Source: a virus
DNA: 64,000 nucleotides
Reading direction: 5' to 3' (one strand)
IMG/VR virus record: IMGVR_UViG_3300015024_000001
Coordinates: 67,992 to 131,991 of that record
Position numbers and translations under genes: made by a program. Shown in pieces: positions 20,722 through 31,122 of the stretch (positions are counted from its first letter, which is position 1; each line of letters starts with the position of its first letter). The notes under the pieces were generated by a model that saw only the letters and a list, made by a program, of their open reading frames with translations, was not told the origin of the DNA and did not search any database.

Positions 20722-21513
20722 GTGTGGTCTTACTTTTATATGTATGGTAATTTCTTTATTTACTCCTTAATTTTTTATAAAACTATGACATATTCTAACA
20801 ACAAAGCTACAGACACTAGCAACTTTCTATACACACTTGAAAAAGGTGGTATAGAGAGGCAACAAGCACAGCAGCAGCAAGTATTGACTAACAACTGTGA
20901 CCTACCAGTCGAATGTGATGATTGGGCTAAATTAGAATCGTGGGGTATTACTAGAGGTGAACAAACAGATTCTTTATTTGTATTCTGTGTACTACCTGAA
21001 GGTTGGACTAAAAAAGCTACTGACCATTCAATGTGGTCAAGCTTAGTAGATAGTCAAGGTCTACTTCGTGCATCTATATTTTACAAAGGTGCATTTTATG
21101 ACCGTAAAGCCCACACTTATGTAGTAACTAAACGCTACTATACTTCGCAGAATCATGACATTAAAGAAGGTGAAGCTTATCAAATTCGTGACTCCGCTAC
21201 AGATACTACTGTGCGACAGTACCCTGCTGGATATTGGGGTTTCATGAAACAAAATAGGTATTTTTTAGGTATTTTGGTAGAAGAAGAAACTTTTGTTGGT
21301 TTAATATACAACGGTTTATTTCACTACAAACCTAAAACTCGTTTTTCCATGATTTGTGACGCTATACTAGCAACACAGATTAGTGTTGCCACTTTTTATA
21401 AAGATTTTCATCGCATAGCACCTTGTTACGATGCTATCAGAGCTGCTGAATTTCTAGCAAGAGAGGAAGCTGTAGTCGAAGCTGATAGAATGAATAAAGA
21501 GTCAAATTGGTAA
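20722..21513 (+). CDS. hypothetical phage protein (start probably ATG 20785)
   Basis: LPEGWTKKATDHSMWS..RASIFYKGAFYDRKA segment. Confidence 0.7.
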   Translation: MWSYFYMYGNFFIYSLIFYKTMTYSNNKATDTSNFLYTLEKGGIERQQAQQQQVLTNNCDLPVECDDWAKLESWGITRGEQTDSLFVFCVLPEGWTKKATDHSMWSSLVDSQGLLRASIFYKGAFYDRKAHTYVVTKRYYTSQNHDIKEGEAYQIRDSATDTTVRQYPAGYWGFMKQNRYFLGILVEEETFVGLIYNGLFHYKPKTRFSMICDAILATQISVATFYKDFHRIAPCYDAIRAAEFLAREEAVVEADRMNKESNW

Positions 21514-21553
21514 CTGTGCAATAATTATAAATTTTAACACTAGCTTACTACTA

Positions 21554-22165
21554 GTGTTTTTTTATTGGGACAAAACTATGATTTTTAAACTAATGTCCGT
21601 AGTAGAGTTAAAAGCTCTATATCAAAAAATACAAAAACCTATTACTGTAAGATTTCCAAAGAATGATAAGCAGACTTTTCTATTCTGTAGTCTTGCTTAC
21701 TATTCTACACCTAAATCAATCACTTTATATAATGAGTACAAGTGTGTAGAAACAACCGTAATAGAGTTGTTAGTAGGTATTACATGGGAAAATTATGTAA
21801 TCCATAGACTGACGGATGAGCAAGGCTATGATTTAGCTGTACAACTACTTGGTTGTTATATCAGTACAGATGAACCATTATCCGAAGCACAAGATACTTT
21901 TGTTTACTTATTAAGTTTAGTTATTGAAGACTACGAATCTCAACACTATCCTATTGCTTCTCTTTCTACGTTGAAGTTTATAGACCAGTTGCTAGAAGAT
22001 AGAGATCAAAATTGATTACATATTAGAGCTTGCTTAGATTATCCTGAGTTTGTAAAGTCTCAGTTTAATGTATCTTTGTATCTCAAAGTAGAGAATCTTA
22101 TTAAAGTTTCGCATTTCTTTCGTTTGCCTGTACAAGCATTTATAGTAGGTGGTTATAATGATTAA
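21554..22165 (+). pseudogene. HigA-like antitoxin/HTH protein with an in-frame TGA at 22013-22015
   Basis: LLSLVIEDYESQHYPI..QLLEDR before the stop; same frame continues ..LIKVSHFFRLPVQAFI. Confidence 0.55.
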
Positions 22166-22426
22166 TATACAAATTGTAGAGCTTATAAGTTATGGTGACT
22201 TTGACATGCCTATGACTGATTCTGTTTGGTATGGTGCAGAAACATTAGAAAAACCTAATGAGTTGAAGTTCTATAAAAACACAAATATAGAAGAAGCGCG
22301 TCAGTATCTTGTAGATTTGGGTTTTATATGTGTCCCTACTTTTAGATTTGAAATTGGTGGTGGAGTATAAGATTTTCTGTAATTATAATATTAACTAATA
22401 TACTATATTAAAGAAATGTTAATTAT

Positions 22427-22675
22427 TTGTGCTACAATTGTTGTTTAATTATCAACAGGATAAATTTAATGTCACATAAATCTGATGATACTGTTTTAGA
22501 AATTTTATTAGGTGCTGTTGTAATATTTGGGACACCTACTCTAGCAGGATGGGTCTTTATGTTACTGTGGAACTTTGCTCTAGTAGGATTGTTTCCATCA
22601 ATCCCTACGTTAGATTTTTGGCGTAGTGTTGGTTGTGTACTATTTCTTAGTTTTATTAGTAGTTTCTTTAGCTAC
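22427..22675 (+). CDS. small membrane protein; 3' end altered by the IS-derived insertion
   Basis: Two hydrophobic helices; the frame runs into the IS left end. Confidence 0.6.
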
Positions 22676-22744
22676 CAAGTGAAAGCCCCGCATTCTAACG
22701 GTACTCCGTTGAGTGACGGGATGTAAGCGCGTCCATCAAGGGGT

Positions 22745-22894
22745 TCAATGCCCCGTAGATGGACAGTCTTCTGGGGTATCTTGCTGCTCAATATATTTCT
22801 TGAGGATAGAAACAGTTACACCGCCACAAGAAGCGATGGAATATGACTCATTCCACAAAACACTTTTCCAGTAATGTTTTTTCACTTCATCGGC
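22745..22894 (-). pseudogene. tnpA: truncated IS200-type TnpA (C-terminal part only)
   Basis: LW..SY...S.GG.....KKYIEQQ motif; the HUH half is missing. Confidence 0.85.
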
Positions 22895-22949
22895 TTTATT
22901 AGCTTTAATTGTTGTATAATAAATACTATTAAAGCCAATAAAATAGACT

Positions 22950-23525
22950 ATGGATAAACACGTTAACGATTTACAGGTTTGCACTATTTGTAAAGTAGAG
23001 CAACCTCTTGAAAACTACTACAAATCTTCAAAAAGAAAAACTGGGTACTCAAATACTTGTAAGCAATGCTCTTTAATCTATGTAAAGAAACATAATGCTT
23101 CTGCTGAAGGGAAAGAGAAAAATACGGCTTGGAGGCATGTGGCAAAAAGTAAAAGACTATCCCAAGGATTTTGCTCTAAATGCGACAGAGAGAGAATGTC
23201 TCAAGATGCCCTATTTTGTAAATGGCATTGCGTTCAACACGCTTGCGGTAGCAGATTGGGTAAGGCAGATAAACTTACAGTGCAATTGCTATTAGATAGA
23301 CTAGAGTCTAATCCTATTTGCCCTTACACTGGGAAAACTTTAGTGCTAGGAATAAATACTCATTTAGACCATATCTTGCCAGTAAGTAGATTTCCAGAAT
23401 TTAAAAGCCAAGTGCTTAATGTTGAATGGATTTCTGCTAAGGCTAATTTATCAAAAGGAGATATGACAAAAGATGAGTTTATTGCTTTTTGTAAATTAGT
23501 TGTTAAATTTGCGGATAGTCAATAA
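22950..23525 (+). CDS. HNH endonuclease with N-terminal zinc-finger motifs
   Basis: CTIC..CKQC, CSKC..CKWH, CPYTG..HLDHILP..NVEWI...ANLSKG. Confidence 0.85.
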   Translation: MDKHVNDLQVCTICKVEQPLENYYKSSKRKTGYSNTCKQCSLIYVKKHNASAEGKEKNTAWRHVAKSKRLSQGFCSKCDRERMSQDALFCKWHCVQHACGSRLGKADKLTVQLLLDRLESNPICPYTGKTLVLGINTHLDHILPVSRFPEFKSQVLNVEWISAKANLSKGDMTKDEFIAFCKLVVKFADSQ

Positions 23526-23729
23526 AGCTCAGTGCGCTTCCGATGCAATAGCAGGATTAGCTGAGAAGCCCACCCTATACTCGTCCGCGAGTTAGGGATG
23601 GGAGTCGTCACAAAGTAATTATGGCATACATTGACAAGACACTACAGAAGATGATTGCTATTGCACATAGCAAACCACAGTTACCATTATTTCACGACAC
23701 ACATTTAATAACATTTAGGAGTATCCAAA

Positions 23730-24101
23730 ATGGACAACCCACAACAACAGCTTTTAAATAAGATTACCTCACTAAAAACTTACATAGAGTCATACAAGGA
23801 AACTATTGGAATCCACCTGGCAGATACAAAAGTACCACTTGAAGAACGCTGGTTAGTATACCAAGAACTACCTTCTTTTCTACGGAATAACGAATGTGAT
23901 CAACAGGACTTTCTTATAAAAAGTGATGGTTCTTTTATAGAACTTTGTGATGTTGGTGAATATTCTAAATATGAAATGATCGAAGTACACAGTTTTCTAC
24001 AAAACAAAGCAAAAAGTCTACTAGATCACAGTCTTGACATTGTAGCAACAAAAGAGTATATTCTAAAACACAATCTAGGTTCTTTCAAGAACGATTGGTA
24101 G
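23730..24101 (+). CDS. hypothetical protein
   Basis: AGGAG RBS, 123 aa. Confidence 0.7.
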   Translation: MDNPQQQLLNKITSLKTYIESYKETIGIHLADTKVPLEERWLVYQELPSFLRNNECDQQDFLIKSDGSFIELCDVGEYSKYEMIEVHSFLQNKAKSLLDHSLDIVATKEYILKHNLGSFKNDW

Positions 24102-24190
24102 CTATGTCATGTCTTCAAGAAATACAGCATATTGCTCAAACCGTTGTTCAATATGCTGCTATAATCAATGTACACTTTCAAGTATAATTA

Positions 24191-24547
24191 ATGATTTTAA
24201 ACACTATTGCATCGATTGTTTTAGGTATGTCTTCTGTTCAAGAACTACCACAGAAAATTACTTATAATAATTCTTGTGGACAGTCTACTTACTATGATAA
24301 CTGGTATGATGGACGCCAGACTAGCTCTGGTGAGATTTACTCACAGTATGGTATGACAGCAGCTTCACGTGACTATCCAAATGGTACTTGGTTGCGAGTT
24401 ACAAATCAACGTAACAACAAGACCGTAGAAATAAAAGTGAATGACACTGGTAATATGCCTTTTCTAGATTTATCAGAAGAAGCTGCGGTGAGACTAGGTT
24501 CAGATGGTTATCCTGACAATTACTCAATTTGTGTAGAGGTTTTATAA
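24191..24547 (+). CDS. RlpA-like double-psi beta-barrel (lytic transglycosylase-like) protein
   Basis: GRQTSSGEIY..MTAA..P.GT.LRVTN..N.KTV..KVND.G..LDLSEEAA. Confidence 0.85.
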   Translation: MILNTIASIVLGMSSVQELPQKITYNNSCGQSTYYDNWYDGRQTSSGEIYSQYGMTAASRDYPNGTWLRVTNQRNNKTVEIKVNDTGNMPFLDLSEEAAVRLGSDGYPDNYSICVEVL

Positions 24548-25488
24548 TGTTTTCTTATTTACAAGCAATCGCCCAAGCTAAAAAGAAAAATAATCTTGCT
24601 AGCAGTTATTTAATAAGTGGCACTGTCAACGCTACTCTTCTTGCACTGTTAGTAATTCCTAGCACAGTTTTTCTGAGCAATCTTCAATTTACTATTTTAG
24701 TATTAGAACTAATTGTAGTTGTTATCTCACTTCTTACAAATCTTTATATGGGAGAGATTCTTATTAAAGACACTGATAAGAAGAAGTATGGGGCTTTGAT
24801 TGCAGTGGTAGGTTTGCAGAGCTTCGTAAACAAATATTGGTTAGGCACTAGACTTTACTCTATTTTGTCGGTTGCTATAGTTACTGTAAATATGATTAGT
24901 ATTGGTTGGATTGGTCAAGCAGTATTTTTTATACTTGCAAGCGCTCTGACTATATCTACCTTATATAATTTCCTTGACCAGCTACCTGAGTTTGTTGCTA
25001 AATTAAATATAAACGAAGATGATATTACGGTGTAATTATGCCTCTACTAAATCCTGAAGAAGACCAACCCGAACGACCTAGATATTTAGGTGAATTATCA
25101 ACAAAACTTCCTGCTGGTGCTACGTTTAAACAAGCCTCTGAACATATGCTAACGTGTCAACATATAGATACGTTGACATTAACAGAGGTACGCACTGTAG
25201 CAAAGGCGTTAAGCGCCCTCTATGTTGGTATGCAAGTTACTGTATCAGCTATGTCCAAACAAGATTTTTCTTTTCCTACAAATATTGACGGAGTATAAGA
25301 TGACTAAACAACAACTTTCTTTCTATGTTGCTTGTGTTGCACTAGCTTTTGGTGTGTTCTTCTTTGTAGTTGGTGGATGGTCAATTGGACAAATTGTACC
25401 ACAGTTTATTGAAAATGCTAATATTGCACAAATCAAAGGTTTGTTGTGCCTCATTGTAGCTGCTGTTCTATATACAAATACAAAATAA
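24547..25488 (+). CDS. three small genes, two of them membrane proteins (24547-25035, 25038-25298, 25300-25488)
   Basis: Tightly packed ORFs with hydrophobic helices. Confidence 0.55.
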
Positions 25489-26858
25489 TGTATCAAGCTA
25501 TCATAACTCCTGTCCAAGCCATCTTGCCACATCCTAATGCAGACAAGTTGGAAATTGCTGTAGTTTGTAACAATCATATAATCGTAGGTATTGATAACTA
25601 CAAAACAGATGACCTTGTTATCTTTTTTGAGGTAGATGGCTGTCTCAGTAAAGAATACTGTGAAGCTAACAATCTATATGAACGTTTTGAAGAAGTTAAT
25701 GGTGTCAAAACTCGTATTAGTACAGGTTACTTAGATAGTAACGGTAGGATTCGTGCATTGAATCTGCGGTCTTATAAATCTAACGGTTTAGTAATGCCTC
25801 TGCGATCACTCGATTTTCTAGACTTTGATCATTCTATACTGAGAGAAGGTTATGCTTTCACATCTCTAGGTAAGGTAGAAATCTGTAAGAAGTATGAAAC
25901 ATCAGCTACAAAATTGGCACGTGCAACAGCCAAGAAGGATAAACTAAAGCTAAAGTACAGCACTGTGTTTCACGAACACGTAGACACACAGAACTTTCGC
26001 AGGAACGTCAATCAAATACCCATTGGCGCAACTGTTACTATTACTGAAAAAATCCACGGCACATCAGGTAGAGTATCGTTAGCCTATACAAAACAAGAGG
26101 TATATAATCCATTCCTTTCTATGGTCTTCAATCGCTTAAACATGCCAACCCCTTGGCAACCAATCAACAAAGCGTGGCAGTTCCTACGTCAGACTATAGA
26201 AGAAAAAGGTAAGACAACCACAAAAGGTTATACGTACCAACATGGTACTCGGCGAGTTCTACTCAAGAGAGATAGCCTTGATAAAGGTTACTATGGTAGT
26301 GATAGTTTCCGTTGGCAAATAGCTGACCGTCTATTACCACTACTCCATAAAGGAGAAGAAGTCTACTATGAAATTGTAGGTTGGAGTTCTCCTGAACGAA
26401 CCATCATGCCTATTCACGCCACATCTATTACTAGTGACAAGAAGTTTATCAAGCAGTATGGTTCGGAAATTACTTACAACTACGGTGTACCTAATGGTAC
26501 AGCAAAGGCATTTGTGTATCGCATAGCAGTAACTAATGAAGATGGTCACCAATGGGAGCTTCCTTGGGCTTCAGTTAAAGCTCGTTGTGCAGAATTTAAT
26601 GTAGACCATGTACCTGAACATTTCTACCGTTGCTATGATAGATATGATGGTAACTCTGAAACTCTTATAACAGATGTAGAGTATCTCTCCCTAATCTCTA
26701 CTTTCACGAATCAATTCCCTGAAGGAGTTGTAGTACGTGTTGACTATAAAGGTACAACATGGTTCTTAAAAGAGAAGAACTGGTACTTTCTAGCAATGGA
26801 GGGTTTCTCGAAAGATAAGCCTGATTATGTAGATACAGAGGAGATTGAAACAGATTAG
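25488..26858 (+). CDS. RNA ligase, DRB0094/Rnl5-like
   Basis: N-terminal PHPNADKLE OB-like domain, TEKIHGTS adenylation motif, EGVVVR, LKEK. Confidence 0.85.
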   Translation: MYQAIITPVQAILPHPNADKLEIAVVCNNHIIVGIDNYKTDDLVIFFEVDGCLSKEYCEANNLYERFEEVNGVKTRISTGYLDSNGRIRALNLRSYKSNGLVMPLRSLDFLDFDHSILREGYAFTSLGKVEICKKYETSATKLARATAKKDKLKLKYSTVFHEHVDTQNFRRNVNQIPIGATVTITEKIHGTSGRVSLAYTKQEVYNPFLSMVFNRLNMPTPWQPINKAWQFLRQTIEEKGKTTTKGYTYQHGTRRVLLKRDSLDKGYYGSDSFRWQIADRLLPLLHKGEEVYYEIVGWSSPERTIMPIHATSITSDKKFIKQYGSEITYNYGVPNGTAKAFVYRIAVTNEDGHQWELPWASVKARCAEFNVDHVPEHFYRCYDRYDGNSETLITDVEYLSLISTFTNQFPEGVVVRVDYKGTTWFLKEKNWYFLAMEGFSKDKPDYVDTEEIETD

Positions 26859-27190
26859 AAAAAGCTATATCCAAGGTTATAATGGTAGTCCTGATATTGA
26901 TTCATGGTTCTTGGATACTCAAGATTCTAACCCTGACTATCTTATGAGCTTTGAATCATTCGCTAATGCTTGGTTATTTGTAGTTTCTCAAGTATTAGTA
27001 TAGATTACAGACTTGACCGTTAGATACGGCGGGAAGGTCATTTCATACTCATTATTGTTTATTTACGCAGTAGACGTATCCTACTGTTTTTTTATTAAGA
27101 GTTTTTATGTTATACACAGATGATGATAACTACATTGATATTTAGTAAAATGATAAGAACTGAAATTCATTGTTGTGAAAAGGTCAACTT

Positions 27191-27739
27191 ATGAACCTAT
27201 TCTTTCTACATACTGACCCTCAAGAAGCAGCACAACTGTATTGTGACCAACACTTAGGAAAGATTCGTTTAGAGGCATCACAGATGTTATCAACAGCCTA
27301 CCATTTATCACCACATGTAACCGTAGAAGATAGGCAAGCAATGTGGTATGTACAGAACAACCGCATCTACAACAAGGCTTTTATTAACCACCCCACGTCT
27401 GTGTGGGTTCGTGCAGCACAAGATAATTTTGATTGGACATTAGTACACCTAAAAGCATTACAAGCTATCTGGGTTGGTGCAGGTCATAACGGTGCTGTAA
27501 CTGAGACACTGATCACAAGCTTCAATAAAACATCTTCTCTTCTACGGTTGCCTGTAGGTATGACAGATGTACCTCTCGCTATGTACGATGCAATCAAAGC
27601 GAAATACAAACCAAAAGAACCTCTACCCATAGCTGTACAAGCGTATAGAGAGTATATGTGTGCAAAAGTATTCAAGAATGATAAACGTCCTACGTGGACA
27701 ATAAATCAACAACCTGAGTGGTATCATGCTTCAAATTGA
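27191..27739 (+). CDS. pyrimidine-dimer DNA glycosylase/endonuclease V-like family protein
   Basis: MNLFFL..DP..AA...CDQH..K..LE..QMLSTA..HPTSVWVR. Confidence 0.8.
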   Translation: MNLFFLHTDPQEAAQLYCDQHLGKIRLEASQMLSTAYHLSPHVTVEDRQAMWYVQNNRIYNKAFINHPTSVWVRAAQDNFDWTLVHLKALQAIWVGAGHNGAVTETLITSFNKTSSLLRLPVGMTDVPLAMYDAIKAKYKPKEPLPIAVQAYREYMCAKVFKNDKRPTWTINQQPEWYHASN

Positions 27740-27859
27740 ACTTGATGCTAAATATGTAGAACTACTTAAGGAAACTACAAAACATTCACAACATATGATT
27801 GCCACTATGTTAAGTTTAGCTATTAATAAACCAGAGATATTTATTAAAAAGGAGTAGTT

Positions 27860-28303
27860 ATGCAACCAGTACTTATTATTATACGCGGTGTATCAGGTAG
27901 TGGGAAGTCAACTTTCGCTGAATGGTTGGTAGATAATCTTTTAGTATTTGAAAATAAAGACAGGAGCAATAGAGAATACATACGTAAATTTGAGGCAGAC
28001 CAATGGTTTGTTGACAATCAAGAAGAGTGGAATCCTCGTTATTTACATACAGCACATGAATGGTGTCAGGCAGAGGTTAAGAAGTCACTACAAGATGGTT
28101 ATATTACAATCGTTAGCAATACAACCACAACTAAAAAAGAGTTGCAACCCTATGTCAAGATTGCTACGAATTTAGGAGTGCAGTACTTTGTGTTGATATC
28201 TGACTCTGACTACAACAATGTACATGGTGTTGCTAAAGATAAAGTAGGGAAACAAGCCGAGCGATTCTACTTTAACAACACAGCAATGCAAGATAGTCTG
28301 TAG
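27860..28303 (+). CDS. AAA_33 polynucleotide-kinase-like P-loop protein
   Basis: IIRGVSGSGKST, FEAD, AHEWCQ, IVSNT, NVHGV. Confidence 0.85.
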   Translation: MQPVLIIIRGVSGSGKSTFAEWLVDNLLVFENKDRSNREYIRKFEADQWFVDNQEEWNPRYLHTAHEWCQAEVKKSLQDGYITIVSNTTTTKKELQPYVKIATNLGVQYFVLISDSDYNNVHGVAKDKVGKQAERFYFNNTAMQDSL

Positions 28304-28693
28304 ATTAGTGACTTCCTATCTATCCTGTTGTTACACAAGATAGATAAGAGGTTACTCTATACAAAATAAGTAATTGTGATGGACAGTTCTTCCTTTTGTG
28401 TAACAGGCTTACGAAACTGGGATACATACATAAGCCACTCTCTTTCTATGGTCTTACTTTAGAGATTAGATACACCATAGATTGCACAAAGTAAATCTCG
28501 ATCTTATAGTGACTAATACCCTACTCAGGTAAGGTATACAGTGAAAGTGACAGTGTTCAGCAAGTGCGCTAAAGTAACAAAGTAGCAATATCTTCAGTAA
28601 CTAAAATCCAAGTAGCTGTAAAGAACAACTGTGCAATTGTTACCACTATAATCTCAATCTCATACACACAACAACAACCAAAAACAATCAATC

Positions 28694-29062
28694 ATGGCTA
28701 ATTTTCTTACTGATCTTATCTCTCGTTTCTCTACTTCTGGAGTTGCACCAGCACCCACCGCAGTATCTTTCACAGTGGAATCTGAAAACTCGGCAGAAGT
28801 AAGGTTTGGTTTTGCAGTAATTGGTCGTCGAAATTTTGATCTTAATCAAACCTATGCCGCCTTTGCAGCAGAACAAGCCGCAGCATCTGGTATTACCCTA
28901 CAAGATGCATATACTCCTCAGTTTATTGTTGGTACAGAAACGTTTGTAGTTGATCCCACACTTACTTTTGCTGAACTGAATGCGAAGTATAGTGTTACTG
29001 CTCAAACACCTGTCCAAGTTAGTATTCCTGATCCTGAGCGTCCTGTTGGTCGTTTAGGTTAA
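28694..29062 (+). CDS. putative ubiquitin-like protein
   Basis: Small, beta-rich, ends ..PVGRLG*; heads the JAB-E2-E1 cluster. The fold is inferred. Confidence 0.6.
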   Translation: MANFLTDLISRFSTSGVAPAPTAVSFTVESENSAEVRFGFAVIGRRNFDLNQTYAAFAAEQAAASGITLQDAYTPQFIVGTETFVVDPTLTFAELNAKYSVTAQTPVQVSIPDPERPVGRLG

Positions 29063-29069
29063 TCATCAC

Positions 29070-29100
29070 ATGGGTAGGTTTGTACCTACCCATTCTTTTT
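29070..29100 (+). terminator. intrinsic terminator after the Ubl gene
   Basis: TGGGTAGGT-TTGT-ACCTACCCA-TTCTTTTT. Confidence 0.75.
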
Positions 29101-29117
29101 GTATTTAGAGATTAAAA

Positions 29118-29498
29118 ATGGATATGCAATTATTTATTAATGGTTTGGCATCTCAGTGGCAAAAAGAAAGAGCTGAAACACAGCTAACTCTTAAAGGTTT
29201 AATTAATAGATTGTCTGAGCTTAATCAAGACTTAGAGGTTGATGGTATTAACCAAGCACATAGTTATCGTGGTTACTACCATGACCTTGCATTTGAACTT
29301 TCAGGTACAAAACGTAAAGTATCTGACATCTTAGCAGATGTAATAGCTTGCAAGGGTGAAACTTTTGTAGGATATAAAGGAGGTGATTTTGATATGACAA
29401 ATAATACTCCTGTTTGGATTGCTGAATATGGTGATATAGGTATGAAAATTATATCTGTAACAGATAACGGTGAATTTATAACTGAGGAAGATAAATAA
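29118..29498 (+). CDS. hypothetical phage protein
   Basis: HSYRGYY.DLAF..F.GYKGGDF.M...TPVWIA segment; stop overlaps the JAB start. Confidence 0.7.
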   Translation: MDMQLFINGLASQWQKERAETQLTLKGLINRLSELNQDLEVDGINQAHSYRGYYHDLAFELSGTKRKVSDILADVIACKGETFVGYKGGDFDMTNNTPVWIAEYGDIGMKIISVTDNGEFITEEDK

Positions 29499-30448
29499 TG
29501 AATACAACTAATATTTGGCAGCTAAAAAATGGTCTATACATAGAACCAAAAATCGCTGAACTTGGTGGGCATTATGTGTATAGTGATTATATTGATAATG
29601 ATGATCCTAACAAGATTGATCCCGCAATCATGCAGGAATTTGAAGGTAATCCACAAAACAAAATCCCAAACCACTTGTGGAATAAAATGGTGACGTTTTT
29701 CGTACATTATTTAGAGCAGAGAACAGAGGTTGAGTGCCGTTATTACAAGCGTGGAAGTAACTTTATTTGTGTTGTTGGTAGTCAATTAGTAACTGGAGGT
29801 TCTGTTGCATATAACTATAATCTACCTTTTTATGACCTTGATGGTGTACTTTACACACGTGAGTCATTAGTAGATAATGGTTGGATTTTATATGGACAAT
29901 TTCACCTTCATCCTTTCGATATGCCATCACCTTCCTCAGTGGATGACACTAATGAAATGAAGACTCCTTTGCTATATGGTATTATTTCGATACCCCATGG
30001 TAGACTTTCTACCATGGACTACAGGATACGTACTACTCTTGTAGCTAATAATGGGCATGAGAACTATCGTTATTTTCCTCAATCTTGGGATTTCATTGAC
30101 CTTCCTATCAATGATGAATTACAAACGTATACACATACTGCGTATGCACCTATTTGTGAATCACAAGTAAAACGTATGGTATATAGACCACAGCAAGTGA
30201 CATATGCAGTTGGTAGTACAAAGTGGTTACAACCTATACAGAGTGGTGTGACAGCTAAAAGCTTGTCAGAACGTTTAGTTGTAGCTTTACGAAATATACT
30301 ACTAGCTGATTCTAAAATTACAGTAGGAGACATAGAAAAAGAGTTGCCAGCAGTTTTATCAGAGCTTTTAACAGAGGATTCAAAATATTCAGAGCTTTTT
30401 ACATATGATGTAGACGTAGCTGATCCTTATTATTATAGGTGTGACTAA
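29498..30448 (+). CDS. JAB/MPN+ metallo-isopeptidase
   Basis: Upstream Glu (TEVEC) and FHLHPFDMPSPSSVDD (HxH-x7-S-x2-D). Confidence 0.8.
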   Translation: MNTTNIWQLKNGLYIEPKIAELGGHYVYSDYIDNDDPNKIDPAIMQEFEGNPQNKIPNHLWNKMVTFFVHYLEQRTEVECRYYKRGSNFICVVGSQLVTGGSVAYNYNLPFYDLDGVLYTRESLVDNGWILYGQFHLHPFDMPSPSSVDDTNEMKTPLLYGIISIPHGRLSTMDYRIRTTLVANNGHENYRYFPQSWDFIDLPINDELQTYTHTAYAPICESQVKRMVYRPQQVTYAVGSTKWLQPIQSGVTAKSLSERLVVALRNILLADSKITVGDIEKELPAVLSELLTEDSKYSELFTYDVDVADPYYYRCD

Positions 30449-31122
30449 TGGTAGAATATCTTATACCATCTCACTGTGAAGCGGCTATTATATTTGAACA
30501 AGCTATCATGCTTGTACTACAACCTATTACTGTGCCATTTTACTACACCGTTCAGGTGTCTAATAGTGATGATTTTTTTATTGAAAACTGTGTAGATTGT
30601 ACTCTACGTGGAAGTTCTTGTTATAGAGCTGGAGCTTTAAACACACGTTGTATGTTAGATCATTCTACTCGGTTGTATGAGGACATAAGATGCATACAAA
30701 TGCCATTACCTCAACATATGCTGATATTCGCTGAAAATTTAGATATTCCTCCTAGTTTTGCTTATTACAGTGATGGTATTTTACTACCGTTACGTATAAG
30801 TAATATAGGTAGTGCTGGTATTTGGTGTACTGGAGATGTGTCTTTCAATAAATTAAATCCTTCAAGCATATATAATGCTTACATGCAATCACTACATAAT
30901 AAGGATCTCACAGGTAGAGATGCGAAGAACTATGAAAGTTATTTACAAACTATATCTAAAGACTCTTCTAAAATATTTGAAGGATATCCACTAGATATTA
31001 CTAGTTATGGTAGTATCCAAAATGTTATACATACACCTACAACTATTACGTGGGGTTCTTCCGTATCAAAAGATGAAAGTTATTACAATATAGAAGGTAC
31101 AGGATATGTTAAAATTCAATAG
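30448..31122 (+). CDS. prokaryotic E2-like protein (Prok-E2_D/PRTRC-B-like)
   Basis: PLPQHMLIF and PLRISNIGSAGIWCTG (N..G..C.G motif). Confidence 0.65.
   Translation: MVEYLIPSHCEAAIIFEQAIMLVLQPITVPFYYTVQVSNSDDFFIENCVDCTLRGSSCYRAGALNTRCMLDHSTRLYEDIRCIQMPLPQHMLIFAENLDIPPSFAYYSDGILLPLRISNIGSAGIWCTGDVSFNKLNPSSIYNAYMQSLHNKDLTGRDAKNYESYLQTISKDSSKIFEGYPLDITSYGSIQNVIHTPTTITWGSSVSKDESYYNIEGTGYVKIQ

Larger units (their letters stand above)
22676..23611 (+). mobile_element. non-autonomous IS200/IS605 derivative: left end, tnpA 3' remnant, HNH gene, omegaRNA remnant and right end
   Basis: AAAG plus hairpin at the left end; tnpA C-terminus (LWNESYSIASCGGVTVSILKKYIEQQ); right end GAAG-hairpin-TCAC. Left boundary is uncertain by ~4 bp. 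Confidence 0.75.

Noticed and set aside
14716-22015. Genome-wide stop-codon reassignment suggested by two in-frame stops
   Set aside because: The stops differ (TAG and TGA), both codons end many normal genes, conserved genes are intact in the standard code, and no suppressor tRNA is present
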